This document shows positions 1-9,537 of a DNA stretch of 64,000 nt, piece by piece (the first letter of the stretch is position 1; every line of letters begins with the position of its first letter). Under the pieces are notes generated by a model that was not told the origin of the DNA, ran no database searches, and saw only the letters and a program-made list of their open reading frames with translations. The translations under genes were made by a program, and so were the position numbers. Source of the stretch: Candidatus Hecatella orcuttiae (GTDB taxonomy: Archaea; Thermoproteota; Bathyarchaeia; Hecatellales; Hecatellaceae); contig MTLY02000001.1 in NCBI GenBank assembly GCA_002011035.2, positions 128,001 to 192,000 on the forward strand, given 5' to 3'.

Positions 1-2212
1 CATTGTAGACGGCGTTGGCTATGGCTGGGGCGCTGGTGACCATGCCGCTTTCGCCGACACCCTTTTGCCCTAGAAGAGTCACCGGGTCGATGGTTTCCAC
101 TATCAGGGATTGGATGTCTGGGAGGTCCGCTGCGGTGGGAATCTTGTAATCTGTGAAGTTTGGGTTAAACGGGTGGCCTGATTCAGCATTATAAACAAGG
201 CCTTCAAAGAGGCCGTAGCCTATTCCTTGGGCTGTTCCTCCTTGAAGCTGCTGTTCAACGATTTCAGGATTCAAAGCCCGGCCCACATCGTCTGCGGTCA
301 CATATTTAACAAGTTTCACATGGCCGGTTTCAGGCGAAACCTCCACAAGCACAGCGTGGGCTGCGAAGCCGTAAGTGGCGCAGCAGTTCCCGCAGCCGTT
401 CTCGTCAAAGGGCACAGAGGGGGGGTCGTAGACGCCTCTTCCTATGATAGGGCCTACTATTCCCCTTTTCTTGGAGAAGTAGGCGGTGGAGGCAACCTCC
501 CCTACCGTCACGGCTCTATCTGGGTCGTCTTTGACGAAGATTTTTCCTCCTCCCACCTCCAAGCTCTCGGAGGGTGTCTCCAGAATTTCAGCCGCCACCT
601 CCAGCATCCTTTTTTTAGCGTCTGCCGCAGCGAGTTTGACGGCGCTGCCAGCCATAGTAGCAGACCTGCTTCCCCAAGCACCTAGGCATGGTGGAGTGGC
701 GTCAGTGTCCGCGGCTACAACGGAGATATTTTCCATCGGTATTCCTAACTCCTCAGCGACTATCTGTGCTAGAACGGTGTAGAGGCCTGTTCCAAGGTCA
801 CAGGAACCTGTGAACAGCATCGCCGTGCCGTCTTCGTTAACCTGCACGATGGCTGAAGAGTAGTCGGCGTCGAATCCCGGAAGCCACTTTCCACCGGTCC
901 AAGTCATGGCGCAGGATACACCTATTCCTTGGTTGGGCTTCAGTTTCTCCCTTCCCACAGCCTCCAAGGCTTTTGTCAGGCATTCCTCTATGCCGCAGCT
1001 GTTTATTATCAAGCCGTTGGCGGTGGTGTAAGGGAGGTCCTCGGGCTTTATCAGATTAATCCTTCTGAATTCCACAGGGTCCATTCCCATTTCGTGAGCG
1101 GCGATGTCCAGCAGAGACTCTCTGGCAAAGGTAACCTGCGGGTTGCCGAATCCCCGAAATGCCCCGGAGGGGGCCTTGTTGGTATACACTATGTAGCTGT
1201 CGATCCAGAGATTGGGTATCTTGTAAGGCCCCACGGTGAAAGCCTGTGCCATGTAGGCGACGCCAAGCCCAAAACTAGCGTAGGCACCCGTGTCCAAGAT
1301 CGCTCTATTTCTCAGCGCTGTGATTTTCCCGTCTTTCCCCACGCCTATTTCCATTTCCATGATCATGGGGTGACGTGTTCTGGTGAGCATCTCCTCCTCT
1401 CTGCTGAGCACCATCTTCACAGGTTTCCCCGTCTTCATGGACAGTAAAGCAGCGCAGGCATCTAACGGGTAGTCGGACTTTATGCCGAAGCCTCCCCCCA
1501 TCCCTTCAGGCTTGGTGACTCTGACCTTACTCTCCGGTAGGCCTAGGGTGCCGGCGAGGTCTAGTCGAAGGATGTGGGGAGTATGGGTGCTGGACCAATG
1601 GGTCAGTTTACCGCTGACAGGATCGTAGTGAGATAGGGCGCAGTGAGGTTCTATAGGTGTGGGAGACTGTTTTGAGGTGACAAATCTTTCCTTGAACACG
1701 CGGTCAGACTCTTTGAATCCCTTTTCCACATCTCCAGCTCGAAGCTTTGCGTGATGGGTGTTATTCTTCACTCCATCATGTATTTGCGGTGCACCGGGTT
1801 TCATGGCTTCCTCCGCATCGTAGACAGCCGGTAAGACCTCATACTTTACATCTATCAGCTCTACAGCTTCTTCAGCTACATCCTCGCTTACAGCTGCCAC
1901 AGCAACTATTTCGTCCCCCACATGGCGAGCTTTGTCCTTTAAAACGTATTCGTCCTTTATCGTCGTCGGCCCGCTGGGTTTGGTTTTGGCGATAACTTCT
2001 TGGGGGGTTAAAATCGCTTTAACTCCAGGGAGCCTTTCCGCTTTACTGGCATCTACGCTGAGCACCTTGGCGTGAGGGTAGGGGCTTCTGAGAATTTTAC
2101 CCCACAACATGCCGGGAACAAAAAGGTCTTCCACATACTTGCAGGCGCCGGTAACCTTCGAAACAGCGTCTATTCGCTGCACTCGTTTACCTATAAACCT
2201 AAATTCTTTCAT
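1..2212 (-). CDS. Xanthine dehydrogenase/CoxL-family molybdopterin-binding large subunit (3' end runs off the window; absent from the ORF track)
   Basis: Manual translation from ATG 2212: MKEFRFIGKRVQRIDAVSKVTGACKY...LRSPYPHAKVLSVD; internal GGGFGIK and GAFRGFGNPQ; C-terminal GQKGVGE..APAIANAVYN in the same frame. Confidence 0.93.
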   Translation of the reverse strand, partial: MKEFRFIGKRVQRIDAVSKVTGACKYVEDLFVPGMLWGKILRSPYPHAKVLSVDASKAERLPGVKAILTPQEVIAKTKPSGPTTIKDEYVLKDKARHVGDEIVAVAAVSEDVAEEAVELIDVKYEVLPAVYDAEEAMKPGAPQIHDGVKNNTHHAKLRAGDVEKGFKESDRVFKERFVTSKQSPTPIEPHCALSHYDPVSGKLTHWSSTHTPHILRLDLAGTLGLPESKVRVTKPEGMGGGFGIKSDYPLDACAALLSMKTGKPVKMVLSREEEMLTRTRHPMIMEMEIGVGKDGKITALRNRAILDTGAYASFGLGVAYMAQAFTVGPYKIPNLWIDSYIVYTNKAPSGAFRGFGNPQVTFARESLLDIAAHEMGMDPVEFRRINLIKPEDLPYTTANGLIINSCGIEECLTKALEAVGREKLKPNQGIGVSCAMTWTGGKWLPGFDADYSSAIVQVNEDGTAMLFTGSCDLGTGLYTVLAQIVAEELGIPMENISVVAADTDATPPCLGAWGSRSATMAGSAVKLAAADAKKRMLEVAAEILETPSESLEVGGGKIFVKDDPDRAVTVGEVASTAYFSKKRGIVGPIIGRGVYDPPSVPFDENGCGNCCATYGFAAHAVLVEVSPETGHVKLVKYVTADDVGRALNPEIVEQQLQGGTAQGIGYGLFEGLVYNAESGHPFNPNFTDYKIPTAADLPDIQSLIVETIDPVTLLGQKGVGESGMVTSAPAIANAVYN

Positions 2213-2218
2213 GGAGAA

Positions 2219-2695
2219 TTAACCCTTCCTCATCCTCTCCGCTGCTGCGGAAATAGCGTCGATGATTTTCGTGTAGCCCGTGCATCTGCAGAGGTTTCCT
2301 TTAACGTACTCTCTTATCACTTCCCTTGTAGGGTTCGGGTTCTCTTCCAGTAAAGCCTTCGCCACGAGCACAAAGCCGGGTGTACAGTAGCCGCACTGGA
2401 TTGCGCCTCGCCTTACGAACTCTTCCTGCAAGGGATGCAGTTTTCCGCCTTTACCTAGCCCTTCTATGGTTAAGATATTTCTACCATCTACCGCCACTGC
2501 CAGAGTCAAACAAGATAGCACAGGTTCCCCGTCAACCAGCACGGTGCAAGCGCCGCACTCGCCGCTTCCACAGCCGTATTTCGCTCCTGTTAATCCTAGG
2601 TCATTCCTCAAAACTTCCAGCAAAGTTTTATGAGGATCTACCGAGACTTCGCAAACCTCGCCGTTGACGTTCAGCTTTATAAGACTTTTCGCCAA
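2219..2695 (-). CDS. XDH/CoxS-family 2x[2Fe-2S] small subunit
   Basis: GCGSGECGACTV, QCGYCTPG and NLCRCTGY motifs. Confidence 0.95.
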   Translation of the reverse strand: MAKSLIKLNVNGEVCEVSVDPHKTLLEVLRNDLGLTGAKYGCGSGECGACTVLVDGEPVLSCLTLAVAVDGRNILTIEGLGKGGKLHPLQEEFVRRGAIQCGYCTPGFVLVAKALLEENPNPTREVIREYVKGNLCRCTGYTKIIDAISAAAERMRKG

Positions 2696-2969
2696 TAGCT
2701 CTTTTACCCCAGAAGCTTCTACGGTTAGAAGCGAATTTAAGCTTTTCGAGAAATTGATTTTACCTCCGGGTCCGTCGATTTAGAAATCCGTCTGACAAAC
2801 TAAACAGCCCATTAGAAATTAGTGCGTCAATAAGACCCGCAGAAATGTTTCTCCGATTAAACACTGTTCCACTTTTCTGACCCTGCAGTGCAAGTGCTGG
2901 GCTTGAAGGGGGGGTCTTAATCTTTAAATACCAAGCTTCACGAAACCTCTAATAATCGGTGCAATTCAC

Positions 2970-3851
2970 TTGACCACCAGAACTTTAAGCAGGTTTGAGT
3001 ATTTGGAACCGAGGTCGGTGCAGGAGGCTGTTCGACTGCTTGCCGAGCATAATGGGGAAATTAAAGTTTTAGCCGGAGGCACTGATTTGCTGGTTTCTAT
3101 GAAACTGAGGAGGCTGAAGCCCAGATACTTGGTTAGCATTATGAAAATTCCAGGGCTTCAGGGGATGAGTTTCAACCCTGAATCAGGTTTACGCATCGGG
3201 GCGGCGACGACCATACGCAGTTTAGAGCGATCAGCTCTGATAGCTCAGCATTATCCTCTGCTCAGCGACGCCGCCAAGTCTTTTGCCTCGGTTCAGGTTA
3301 GGAACATGGCTACCTTAGGAGGAAACATTTGCAGCGCTTCCCCCGGAGCCGACTTTGCCACTTCCCTCTTAGCTTTGAACACTCAGGTGAAAATCGTTGG
3401 ACCTGATGGTGAACGCACCGCATCCCTAGAAGGGTTCTTCACCGGACCGGACCGATGCGCTTTCAGGCCTGATGAGATTCTGACAGAGTTCCTCATTCCT
3501 TCACCTAAGCCTAAAACTGGAAGCGCTTTCATGAAGTTGGGCCGGGTGAGCATGGATCTTGCAAAAGTGAACGCGGCGGTCGTCCTCACGGTGGACGGAG
3601 ATTTCTGCAAGGATGTGAGCATCGCCTTGGGAGCAGCGGCTCCGACTCCTATGAAAGCTAGGAAAGCTGAGGCGGTGTTAAGAGGCCGGAAGCTTACAAA
3701 TGAGGCTATAGAGAAAGCTGCTCAAGCAGCCTCAGCTGAAGCCCAACCTCGAACCAGCTTCAGATCCACCGCCCAATACAAGCGAGAGGCGATAAAAGTC
3801 TTGGTGCGACATTGCTTGATGCTGGCTTTTGAGCGAAAACCGTCTAAGTAA
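2970..3851 (+). CDS. XDH/CoxM-family FAD-binding subunit
   Basis: LAGGTDL, QVRNMATLGGNI..ASP.AD motifs; TATA-like TTTAAATA at 2923-2930. Confidence 0.95.
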   Translation: MTTRTLSRFEYLEPRSVQEAVRLLAEHNGEIKVLAGGTDLLVSMKLRRLKPRYLVSIMKIPGLQGMSFNPESGLRIGAATTIRSLERSALIAQHYPLLSDAAKSFASVQVRNMATLGGNICSASPGADFATSLLALNTQVKIVGPDGERTASLEGFFTGPDRCAFRPDEILTEFLIPSPKPKTGSAFMKLGRVSMDLAKVNAAVVLTVDGDFCKDVSIALGAAAPTPMKARKAEAVLRGRKLTNEAIEKAAQAASAEAQPRTSFRSTAQYKREAIKVLVRHCLMLAFERKPSK

Positions 3852-4105
3852 TGCGAATTTACACTTCACAACTGTTCGGTGGGAACAAATTGAGGATTCG
3901 CCTTGTCGACTCGTCGACCAACACCAGTAGAATCGTAACCTCCCGAAAAGAGTTGGAGGAAACCATTGGGCGGAGGGTCTGCTGGCTGGCTTTAAAAGAG
4001 CCTAGCGGCTACCGGAAGGTTTACTTGCATGAAGTAACGAGATTGGAAAACGAAGAAGAAGTCTACCTCATGTTTCCGGTGAGAGGGGGAACAACTGAGA
4101 TTTAA
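3851..4105 (+). CDS. MoaD/ThiS/SAMP-like ubiquitin-fold sulfur carrier with a short C-terminal extension
   Basis: C-terminus LENEEEVYLMFPVRGG-TTEI resembles MoaD L..GDEV.I.PPV.GG; TAATG overlap with the upstream gene. Confidence 0.6.
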   Translation: MRIYTSQLFGGNKLRIRLVDSSTNTSRIVTSRKELEETIGRRVCWLALKEPSGYRKVYLHEVTRLENEEEVYLMFPVRGGTTEI

Positions 4106-4180
4106 CTAGCTCGGCATAGAAGTGTTAAAAGCACTCTATCAAAAGACTTTTATATCCATATTGTAGGAATATAAGACAAG

Positions 4181-5710
4181 GTGTCTGTTTTGTCTTCGGA
4201 AAAAAATGTGAGTCAATCGCGTAGATCTGCCATGAAATACGGTGCAGCCGCCGTGGTTGCGGCGGTGGTGGCTGGTGTGGGCGGTTACGCCGCCTGGCAG
4301 GCTACAAGGCCGGCTCCAGCCCCCACACCGACGCCTGCACCGACGCCTACGCCGACGCCCACACCCACGCCAACACCGGCGCCCACACCGACTCCCACCC
4401 CAACACCGACGCCTACACCCACTCCCGCGCCTGTCCGTAAGATTGATTTCGACATCCCCCCCGACGCCATAGTGGAGCCTATCTATCTCAACACATGGCC
4501 GTTTAGGCCTGACATCGTCCGCGAAAACACGGAGCGGTTCAACGAGCAATATGGAGAAAAGGCGGAGATGGTGGAGATCACCGGTGACTATCACGCCATA
4601 ATGACATCTAAGCTTCAAGCAAAAGCACCACTGGACATATTCTACGGGTCCCTGTACCATCTCGCCCGGTATGCGTCTGCAGGATGGCTTGAATACATCG
4701 ACGACCTTCCAACTCTGGAAGACTACAAACGGGACGTCTACCCCAAGTACCGGGAAGCCCACTACGACCCGATGACAGGCCATTATTATGGCTTAGTCTA
4801 CTACGATGGCTGGAGAACCCTCCTGACCAATCAGGCTATCTTGGAAGAGGCGGGGATGGCCGACGACTACCCGAGAAACTGGGACGAAGTCTACGAAAAT
4901 GCTAGGGAATTAAAGCGGCGGGGATACACCGATACTCCTCTCGGGCTATGGTGGCAAGCTGATTGGTGGATTGGCGCCGAGCAGTTTGCGGCTGAACATC
5001 TGAACGAAGGCTTCACCCTCATCGACGAAAATTTTGAACCTGCCTTCGAGGGAACGGACTACATCTTGCAACGGTGGAAGGACGCTTACGATGAAGGCCT
5101 CGTCCCCAAGGAGCTGCCCGCCATGAGCTGGGGTGACTACTTCACCTTCCTGTTGAGCGGAAAAGCCGCCTACTTCTACACGGAATCCTACAACATAGCC
5201 GTCTTCAACGACCCGGCTAGGTCTCCCTATGCGGGAAAGTGCAGCCTAGTGCCCAGTACACCTAAGTACATCTTCGGCCACACCAAAGGAGGCGACGCTT
5301 ACCTTGTGGCAAAGAGACCTCGCGACGATGTACAGCTCTCCCGGGTCTTCAGATTCCTGTCCTACCTAGGCTACAGGGATAAATTTGGGGAACTCTATGT
5401 TTCGAAAAGGTGGAACCTAGAGTCCTACTTGTCATCGGTGTTCCCTGAAGTAAACGAAGACCCTGAAGTTGTAGCAAAGTTTGTAAATAAAGCCACAACC
5501 TACAGAGGCGAAGTAGACTACGAACGCTACACTTACGGATTTGCAAACGCCCCTTACATCCACTGGTGGAAAGCTTTCTGGGCTATCGACTTCATCATCA
5601 AAATCGTGGAAAGAGTACCCCGAGCGATATTGGGCGAAGTATCCATCCCTGAAACAGTGGAAGCGCTCAGAAACGACGTTATTAGCCTCAAAAAGATGTA
5701 CGGCATGTAA
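4181..5710 (+). CDS. ABC transporter solute-binding protein (carbohydrate family 1) with twin-Arg-like leader, TM anchor and Pro-Thr linker
   Basis: SRRSAMKY leader, hydrophobic helix, (PT)n, then P.NWDE and GKAA-type SBP_bac_1 features; followed by two MalF/MalG-type permeases. Confidence 0.88.
   Translation: MSVLSSEKNVSQSRRSAMKYGAAAVVAAVVAGVGGYAAWQATRPAPAPTPTPAPTPTPTPTPTPTPAPTPTPTPTPTPTPTPAPVRKIDFDIPPDAIVEPIYLNTWPFRPDIVRENTERFNEQYGEKAEMVEITGDYHAIMTSKLQAKAPLDIFYGSLYHLARYASAGWLEYIDDLPTLEDYKRDVYPKYREAHYDPMTGHYYGLVYYDGWRTLLTNQAILEEAGMADDYPRNWDEVYENARELKRRGYTDTPLGLWWQADWWIGAEQFAAEHLNEGFTLIDENFEPAFEGTDYILQRWKDAYDEGLVPKELPAMSWGDYFTFLLSGKAAYFYTESYNIAVFNDPARSPYAGKCSLVPSTPKYIFGHTKGGDAYLVAKRPRDDVQLSRVFRFLSYLGYRDKFGELYVSKRWNLESYLSSVFPEVNEDPEVVAKFVNKATTYRGEVDYERYTYGFANAPYIHWWKAFWAIDFIIKIVERVPRAILGEVSIPETVEALRNDVISLKKMYGM
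4264..4380 (+). repeat. 117-bp exact direct repeat, copy 1 (copy 2 at 59788-59904)
   Basis: ggtggtggctggtgtgggcggttacgccgcctggcaggctacaagg...cacgccaacaccggc is identical at both loci by base-by-base comparison. Confidence 0.92.
4310..4432 (+). repeat. Pro-Thr/Pro-Ala linker-encoding degenerate 6-bp repeat
   Basis: PAPAPTPTPAPTPTPTPTPTPTPAPTPT... read directly. Confidence 0.95.
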
Positions 5711-5737
5711 CTGTCAAATGAGGAAGCTAGTACAGGG

Positions 5738-6652
5738 ATGAGGAAGCCGCAGCGATCGAAGCCCAGAGTTACAAGCGACCAAACCTTTGCGATATACCTA
5801 CTCCTCCCCCTAATTTTTTTCACTATGGCACTGGTCATCTATCCACTGTCTTACTCGTTATGGTTATCGTTTCAAGAGCAAATTTGGATTGGAGGCTTAC
5901 GCTATGTCTTCGGCGGATTAACCCAGTATGCTAAGGCTTTGAAAGACCCCCTATTTATCAACTCGATCCCCATAACTTTTCGGTTTGTCGGCGAATCAGT
6001 CACATTAGCTGTGCTGATAGGGTTAGGCATAGCCTTAGCGTTAAATCAGCCTCTCCAAGGGAGAAAGGTAATAAGAGCTTTAATCCTCCTCCCTTGGGCC
6101 ATCTCAGAATTTGCAACAGGAATAATATGGTCTTTCGTCTACAAGAGGGATGTAGGTCTTCTAAACGCCATGCTGAAAGCTTTAGGGATCATCGAAAGCG
6201 ACATCGTGTGGATAACCCCCAAGTTTGCCATCGAAACCGTCTCCATAGCCTTCGCGTGGCATATGGCCCCCTTGGCAGCGTTCTTTTTCCTAGCAGGACT
6301 GCAGTTCATTCCCACGGACCTCTACCGTCAGGCTCGAATCGACGGAGCCGGTGTTGTCCGCCGCTTCTTAAGCGTAACACTTCCTCATTTGAAGTATTCT
6401 ATGCTGGTGATAACTATTCTCATCACGGTGATGACAGCTAGAAGCTTGGACACTATTTTGACCTTGACGGGCGGCGGGCCTGGGTTCGCATCCAGCACCT
6501 TCACCAACATCGTGTATGTGAGAACCTTTAAGGAGTTGCAGTTTGCATACGGGGCTGCTTTATCGTGGTATGTCATTCTCATCGTCGTTATCTTGGTGAT
6601 TGTGATGTTCATGTTAATGACCAAGGGATTTGCTCGTGGGGGGAGACGGTAA
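5738..6652 (+). CDS. Carbohydrate ABC permease (MalF-like)
   Basis: FFLAGLQFIPTDLYRQARIDGA EAA-like loop; multiple TM segments. Confidence 0.93.
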   Translation: MRKPQRSKPRVTSDQTFAIYLLLPLIFFTMALVIYPLSYSLWLSFQEQIWIGGLRYVFGGLTQYAKALKDPLFINSIPITFRFVGESVTLAVLIGLGIALALNQPLQGRKVIRALILLPWAISEFATGIIWSFVYKRDVGLLNAMLKALGIIESDIVWITPKFAIETVSIAFAWHMAPLAAFFFLAGLQFIPTDLYRQARIDGAGVVRRFLSVTLPHLKYSMLVITILITVMTARSLDTILTLTGGGPGFASSTFTNIVYVRTFKELQFAYGAALSWYVILIVVILVIVMFMLMTKGFARGGRR

Positions 6653-7531
6653 ATGGCAAAAGGGAACCGTGCGCTGCTTTACTTTGCCGTCATCATAATT
6701 GTACTCTGGAGTTTCATGCCCATCTACTGGATACTGAATTTGTCCCTTCAATTTGAAAGCACCATATATGCTACACCTACAAACCTAGCCCCCCTAAAGC
6801 CGACTGACTACTGGTACCGCCGCATACTCCAACTTCCTGTGGAAGAAATTGAGATGGCAGGAGCTAGCGTAGGGGCTATGACAGCGGAGCATATTGGGCG
6901 AGGTTTGAAGAACAGCATACTTGTGGCTCTCCCTGTTTCTGTCATCGCAACAGCGGTAGGTTCCCTCTCAGGGTACGCTTTTGGTAGATTGAAGTTTAAA
7001 TTTAAGAACGGCTGGCTAGTCATGTTACTAGCGTCCCAAGTACTACCTCCCGTCGCCGTGGTGCTACCGTTTTTCATCTTCTTCCTAACCCTAGGGCTTC
7101 TAGGAACTCTCCACGGTCTCATGATCATCTACCTCGGCATGTTGATACCTCTTGTAACTTGGGTTTTGCTAGGTTTTTTCGCAGGTCTTCCTCTAGAGAT
7201 CGAAAGAGCCGCCAGAATCGACGGCTGTGGAAGACTGGAAGCCTTAAGAAAAATTGTTCTCCCCATGGCCGCGCCCGGCATAGTTGCAGGGTGGGTGCTA
7301 GCTTTCATCACAGCCTATAATGAATTTATGTACGCGTGGATACTGACCACCGGCAGCTTCGCTCAGACTCTTCCCCCAGCCATAACCGGGCTGTTTTTCC
7401 AAGATACAGGGGTGCCAGAGATGAGCGCCGCTGTCATGCTATCACTGTTACCCGTGCTCGCTCTAGGCCTCGTCCTGCAAAAGTATATTATGCAGTTGAG
7501 AATAGTGGACCCCGTAACCGTCGTTGCCTAA
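6653..7531 (+). CDS. Carbohydrate ABC permease (MalG-like)
   Basis: LPLEIERAARIDGC motif; FITAYNEF. Confidence 0.93.
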   Translation: MAKGNRALLYFAVIIIVLWSFMPIYWILNLSLQFESTIYATPTNLAPLKPTDYWYRRILQLPVEEIEMAGASVGAMTAEHIGRGLKNSILVALPVSVIATAVGSLSGYAFGRLKFKFKNGWLVMLLASQVLPPVAVVLPFFIFFLTLGLLGTLHGLMIIYLGMLIPLVTWVLLGFFAGLPLEIERAARIDGCGRLEALRKIVLPMAAPGIVAGWVLAFITAYNEFMYAWILTTGSFAQTLPPAITGLFFQDTGVPEMSAAVMLSLLPVLALGLVLQKYIMQLRIVDPVTVVA

Positions 7532-7734
7532 AATACTGTTTTTTCCGCTTCAAAGCCAAGTCCCCTGTAATAAAAAATCTAAAAAGAAACATAGGCTATG
7601 CTCTAAAGTCTTAAGCTGAAACGCTCATCTCGAGAACACTAGTATCTCCAATACTCTCAAAAATTCAAAACTAATTGTAATCGTTAAATGGCTTAAAAAA
7701 CTTTGACGGTAGATGAAAAATGTTTTCTACGATT

Positions 7735-8829
7735 TTAGACGATAAGTTTCTCCGTCTTTCGGTCGTAGACGTGTATCTTGGCGATATCGATCTTAGCCCA
7801 TACCTTTTCTCCAAGAGAGGCTTTAAAGGTCGGAGGACATACACTTTTCACTATTTGTCCGCCAACCGTAAGGTCGACGATGGTTTCGGTTCCTAAGGGT
7901 TCCACAGCATAAACCTCCGTTTCAAAGGAATCATCGCCGAGCCGTTGCTTAGACACGGAAATGTTTTGCGGTCTCACGGCTAGGATGAGGTCAGAGGTAT
8001 TCCCGTGTTCTTTCACAAGGGCCGCTACATCACTGGGTAGACTTAGGGAAAACTCGGAGGTCTTCAACTTCGTCTTTTCTTTCTCTTCCATCAAGCTACA
8101 GTGGAAGAAGTTCATAGGCGGGCTGCCGATAAACCCCGCGACAAAGGTATCCGCTGGCTTGTCGAAAATTCGAATAGGCTCATCCAGCTGCGCCACTTTT
8201 CCCTTGTTCATGATGGCTATTCTATCCGCCATGGTCATGGCCTCCACTTGGTCGTGAGTTACGTAGATAGTGGTAGTCTTCAAAGTCTTCTGTAACCTGA
8301 TGAGCTCCGCCCTCATAGCAACCCTAAGCTTTGCATCGATGTTAGAAAGAGGCTCGTCTAGGAGGAAGGCCTTAGGATTTCTTACGATGGCCCTAGCCAA
8401 TGCAACCCGTTGTCTTTCACCGCCGCTCAGCTCGTAGGGCTTTCTGTCGAGCAAGGATTCTATGCCGAGCATTTGCGCTGCTTCCATAACTTGCTTCCTG
8501 ATTTTGTCGCTGGGAACCTTTCGCACCATAAGAGGGAAGGCAATGTTACGGTAGGCAGTCATGTGGGGGTAGAGGGCGTAGCTTTGGAAAACCATGGCTA
8601 CATCTCTTTTCTCCGGAGGGACCTCATCGACTTTCTCATCGTCAAAATAGACGCTCCCTTGGTCTTGCCTTTCTAAACCTGCAATGATGTTGAGTGTTGT
8701 GCTTTTTCCACAGCCTGACGGCCCTAAAAGGACAAAGAATTCTTTATCCTTAATCTCTAAACTTATATTGTTAACAGCTATAACGTTTCCGAATCTTTTA
8801 ACGACATTTTCTATTGTAATTTTGACCAT
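7735..8829 (-). CDS. Carbohydrate ABC ATPase (MalK-like, with TOBE domain)
   Basis: GPSGCGKST, MVFQSYALYPHM, LSGGERQRVALARA, LLDEPLSN, YVTHDQ. Confidence 0.96.
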   Translation of the reverse strand: MVKITIENVVKRFGNVIAVNNISLEIKDKEFFVLLGPSGCGKSTTLNIIAGLERQDQGSVYFDDEKVDEVPPEKRDVAMVFQSYALYPHMTAYRNIAFPLMVRKVPSDKIRKQVMEAAQMLGIESLLDRKPYELSGGERQRVALARAIVRNPKAFLLDEPLSNIDAKLRVAMRAELIRLQKTLKTTTIYVTHDQVEAMTMADRIAIMNKGKVAQLDEPIRIFDKPADTFVAGFIGSPPMNFFHCSLMEEKEKTKLKTSEFSLSLPSDVAALVKEHGNTSDLILAVRPQNISVSKQRLGDDSFETEVYAVEPLGTETIVDLTVGGQIVKSVCPPTFKASLGEKVWAKIDIAKIHVYDRKTEKLIV

Positions 8830-8917
8830 ATGAACTCACTCGGTTTTAGCGCTCCAAGGGCCTTCTAGCAATAAGTTCTATCGGTCTGAAATATTAGTCT
8901 TTCTTCTTCTATATAAC

Positions 8918-9397
8918 TTAAAATGCAGAGTAGGCCGAGGGATTTCTTTCCATGTACCTTTTTATATTCATCAGCCATTCTTCCGTTTTCTTTTTTATTT
9001 TCTTATTCACCCACAACCAGTCTGCTACAGTACCTAAAATCCAGCCCGGCAGGTCATATTCCAAGGTTCTGGTAAGTCTAGTTCCAACAGATATGGGTTC
9101 CAACGTCCATTTGCTTACCTTAAAATTGAAGCCTGATGTAGACTTGGTATGATAAAGTCGATTTTCCACGAGGCCTACAACTTCCGCTGTCCATAACACC
9201 CTCCTCAGTTTTCCCCTTCTAGCTGAGACGCGATATTTCGTCCCAACTCGTACCGGGCCATCGGTTAACTTTTCCACGTGGAACTCCCACTTCAACGGTA
9301 ACGGAACAAGGCTTAACATTTTCTTCTCATCCTTAACCAGCGAAAACACATCCTCCGCCAAGGCGGCAATCTCAATCGACAGTTTGACGAAGCCCAT
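8918..9397 (-). CDS. SRPBCC/polyketide cyclase-family protein
   Basis: GPVRVGTKY, WTLEP...GTRLT.TLEY.LPG pattern and C-terminal helix. Confidence 0.75.
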   Translation of the reverse strand: MGFVKLSIEIAALAEDVFSLVKDEKKMLSLVPLPLKWEFHVEKLTDGPVRVGTKYRVSARRGKLRRVLWTAEVVGLVENRLYHTKSTSGFNFKVSKWTLEPISVGTRLTRTLEYDLPGWILGTVADWLWVNKKIKKKTEEWLMNIKRYMERNPSAYSAF

Positions 9398-9537
9398 AGC
9401 TTCCTCTCTACCAAGAAGAGAGAGCCTACCATTGAAAAAAGTTCGCAGTGTACATCCCAGTGCCTTTATACAGGTGTTTGCATGCGGCTAACTCGAGACA
9501 TCCATTAGCTGAGGGGCGAGTAGTTCCGCTATGTCTT

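Noticed and set aside
227-2667. Plus-strand ORFs at 227, 486, 929, 1747, 2072 and 2380
   Set aside because: Antisense shadows of the minus-strand molybdoenzyme L and S subunit genes
1-3851. Aerobic CO dehydrogenase or 4-hydroxybenzoyl-CoA reductase
   Set aside because: Active-site loop is AFRGFG, not AYxCSFR, and the FAD subunit has no Cys-rich HcrB insert
4310-4432. Tandem repeat considered as a CRISPR array or VNTR element
   Set aside because: 6-bp degenerate coding period with no unique spacers; no cas genes in the window
4285-4470. Poly-(Gly-Val) and Arg-rich ORFs here and at 59705-60201
   Set aside because: Alternative-frame and antisense readings of the Pro-Thr linker repeat
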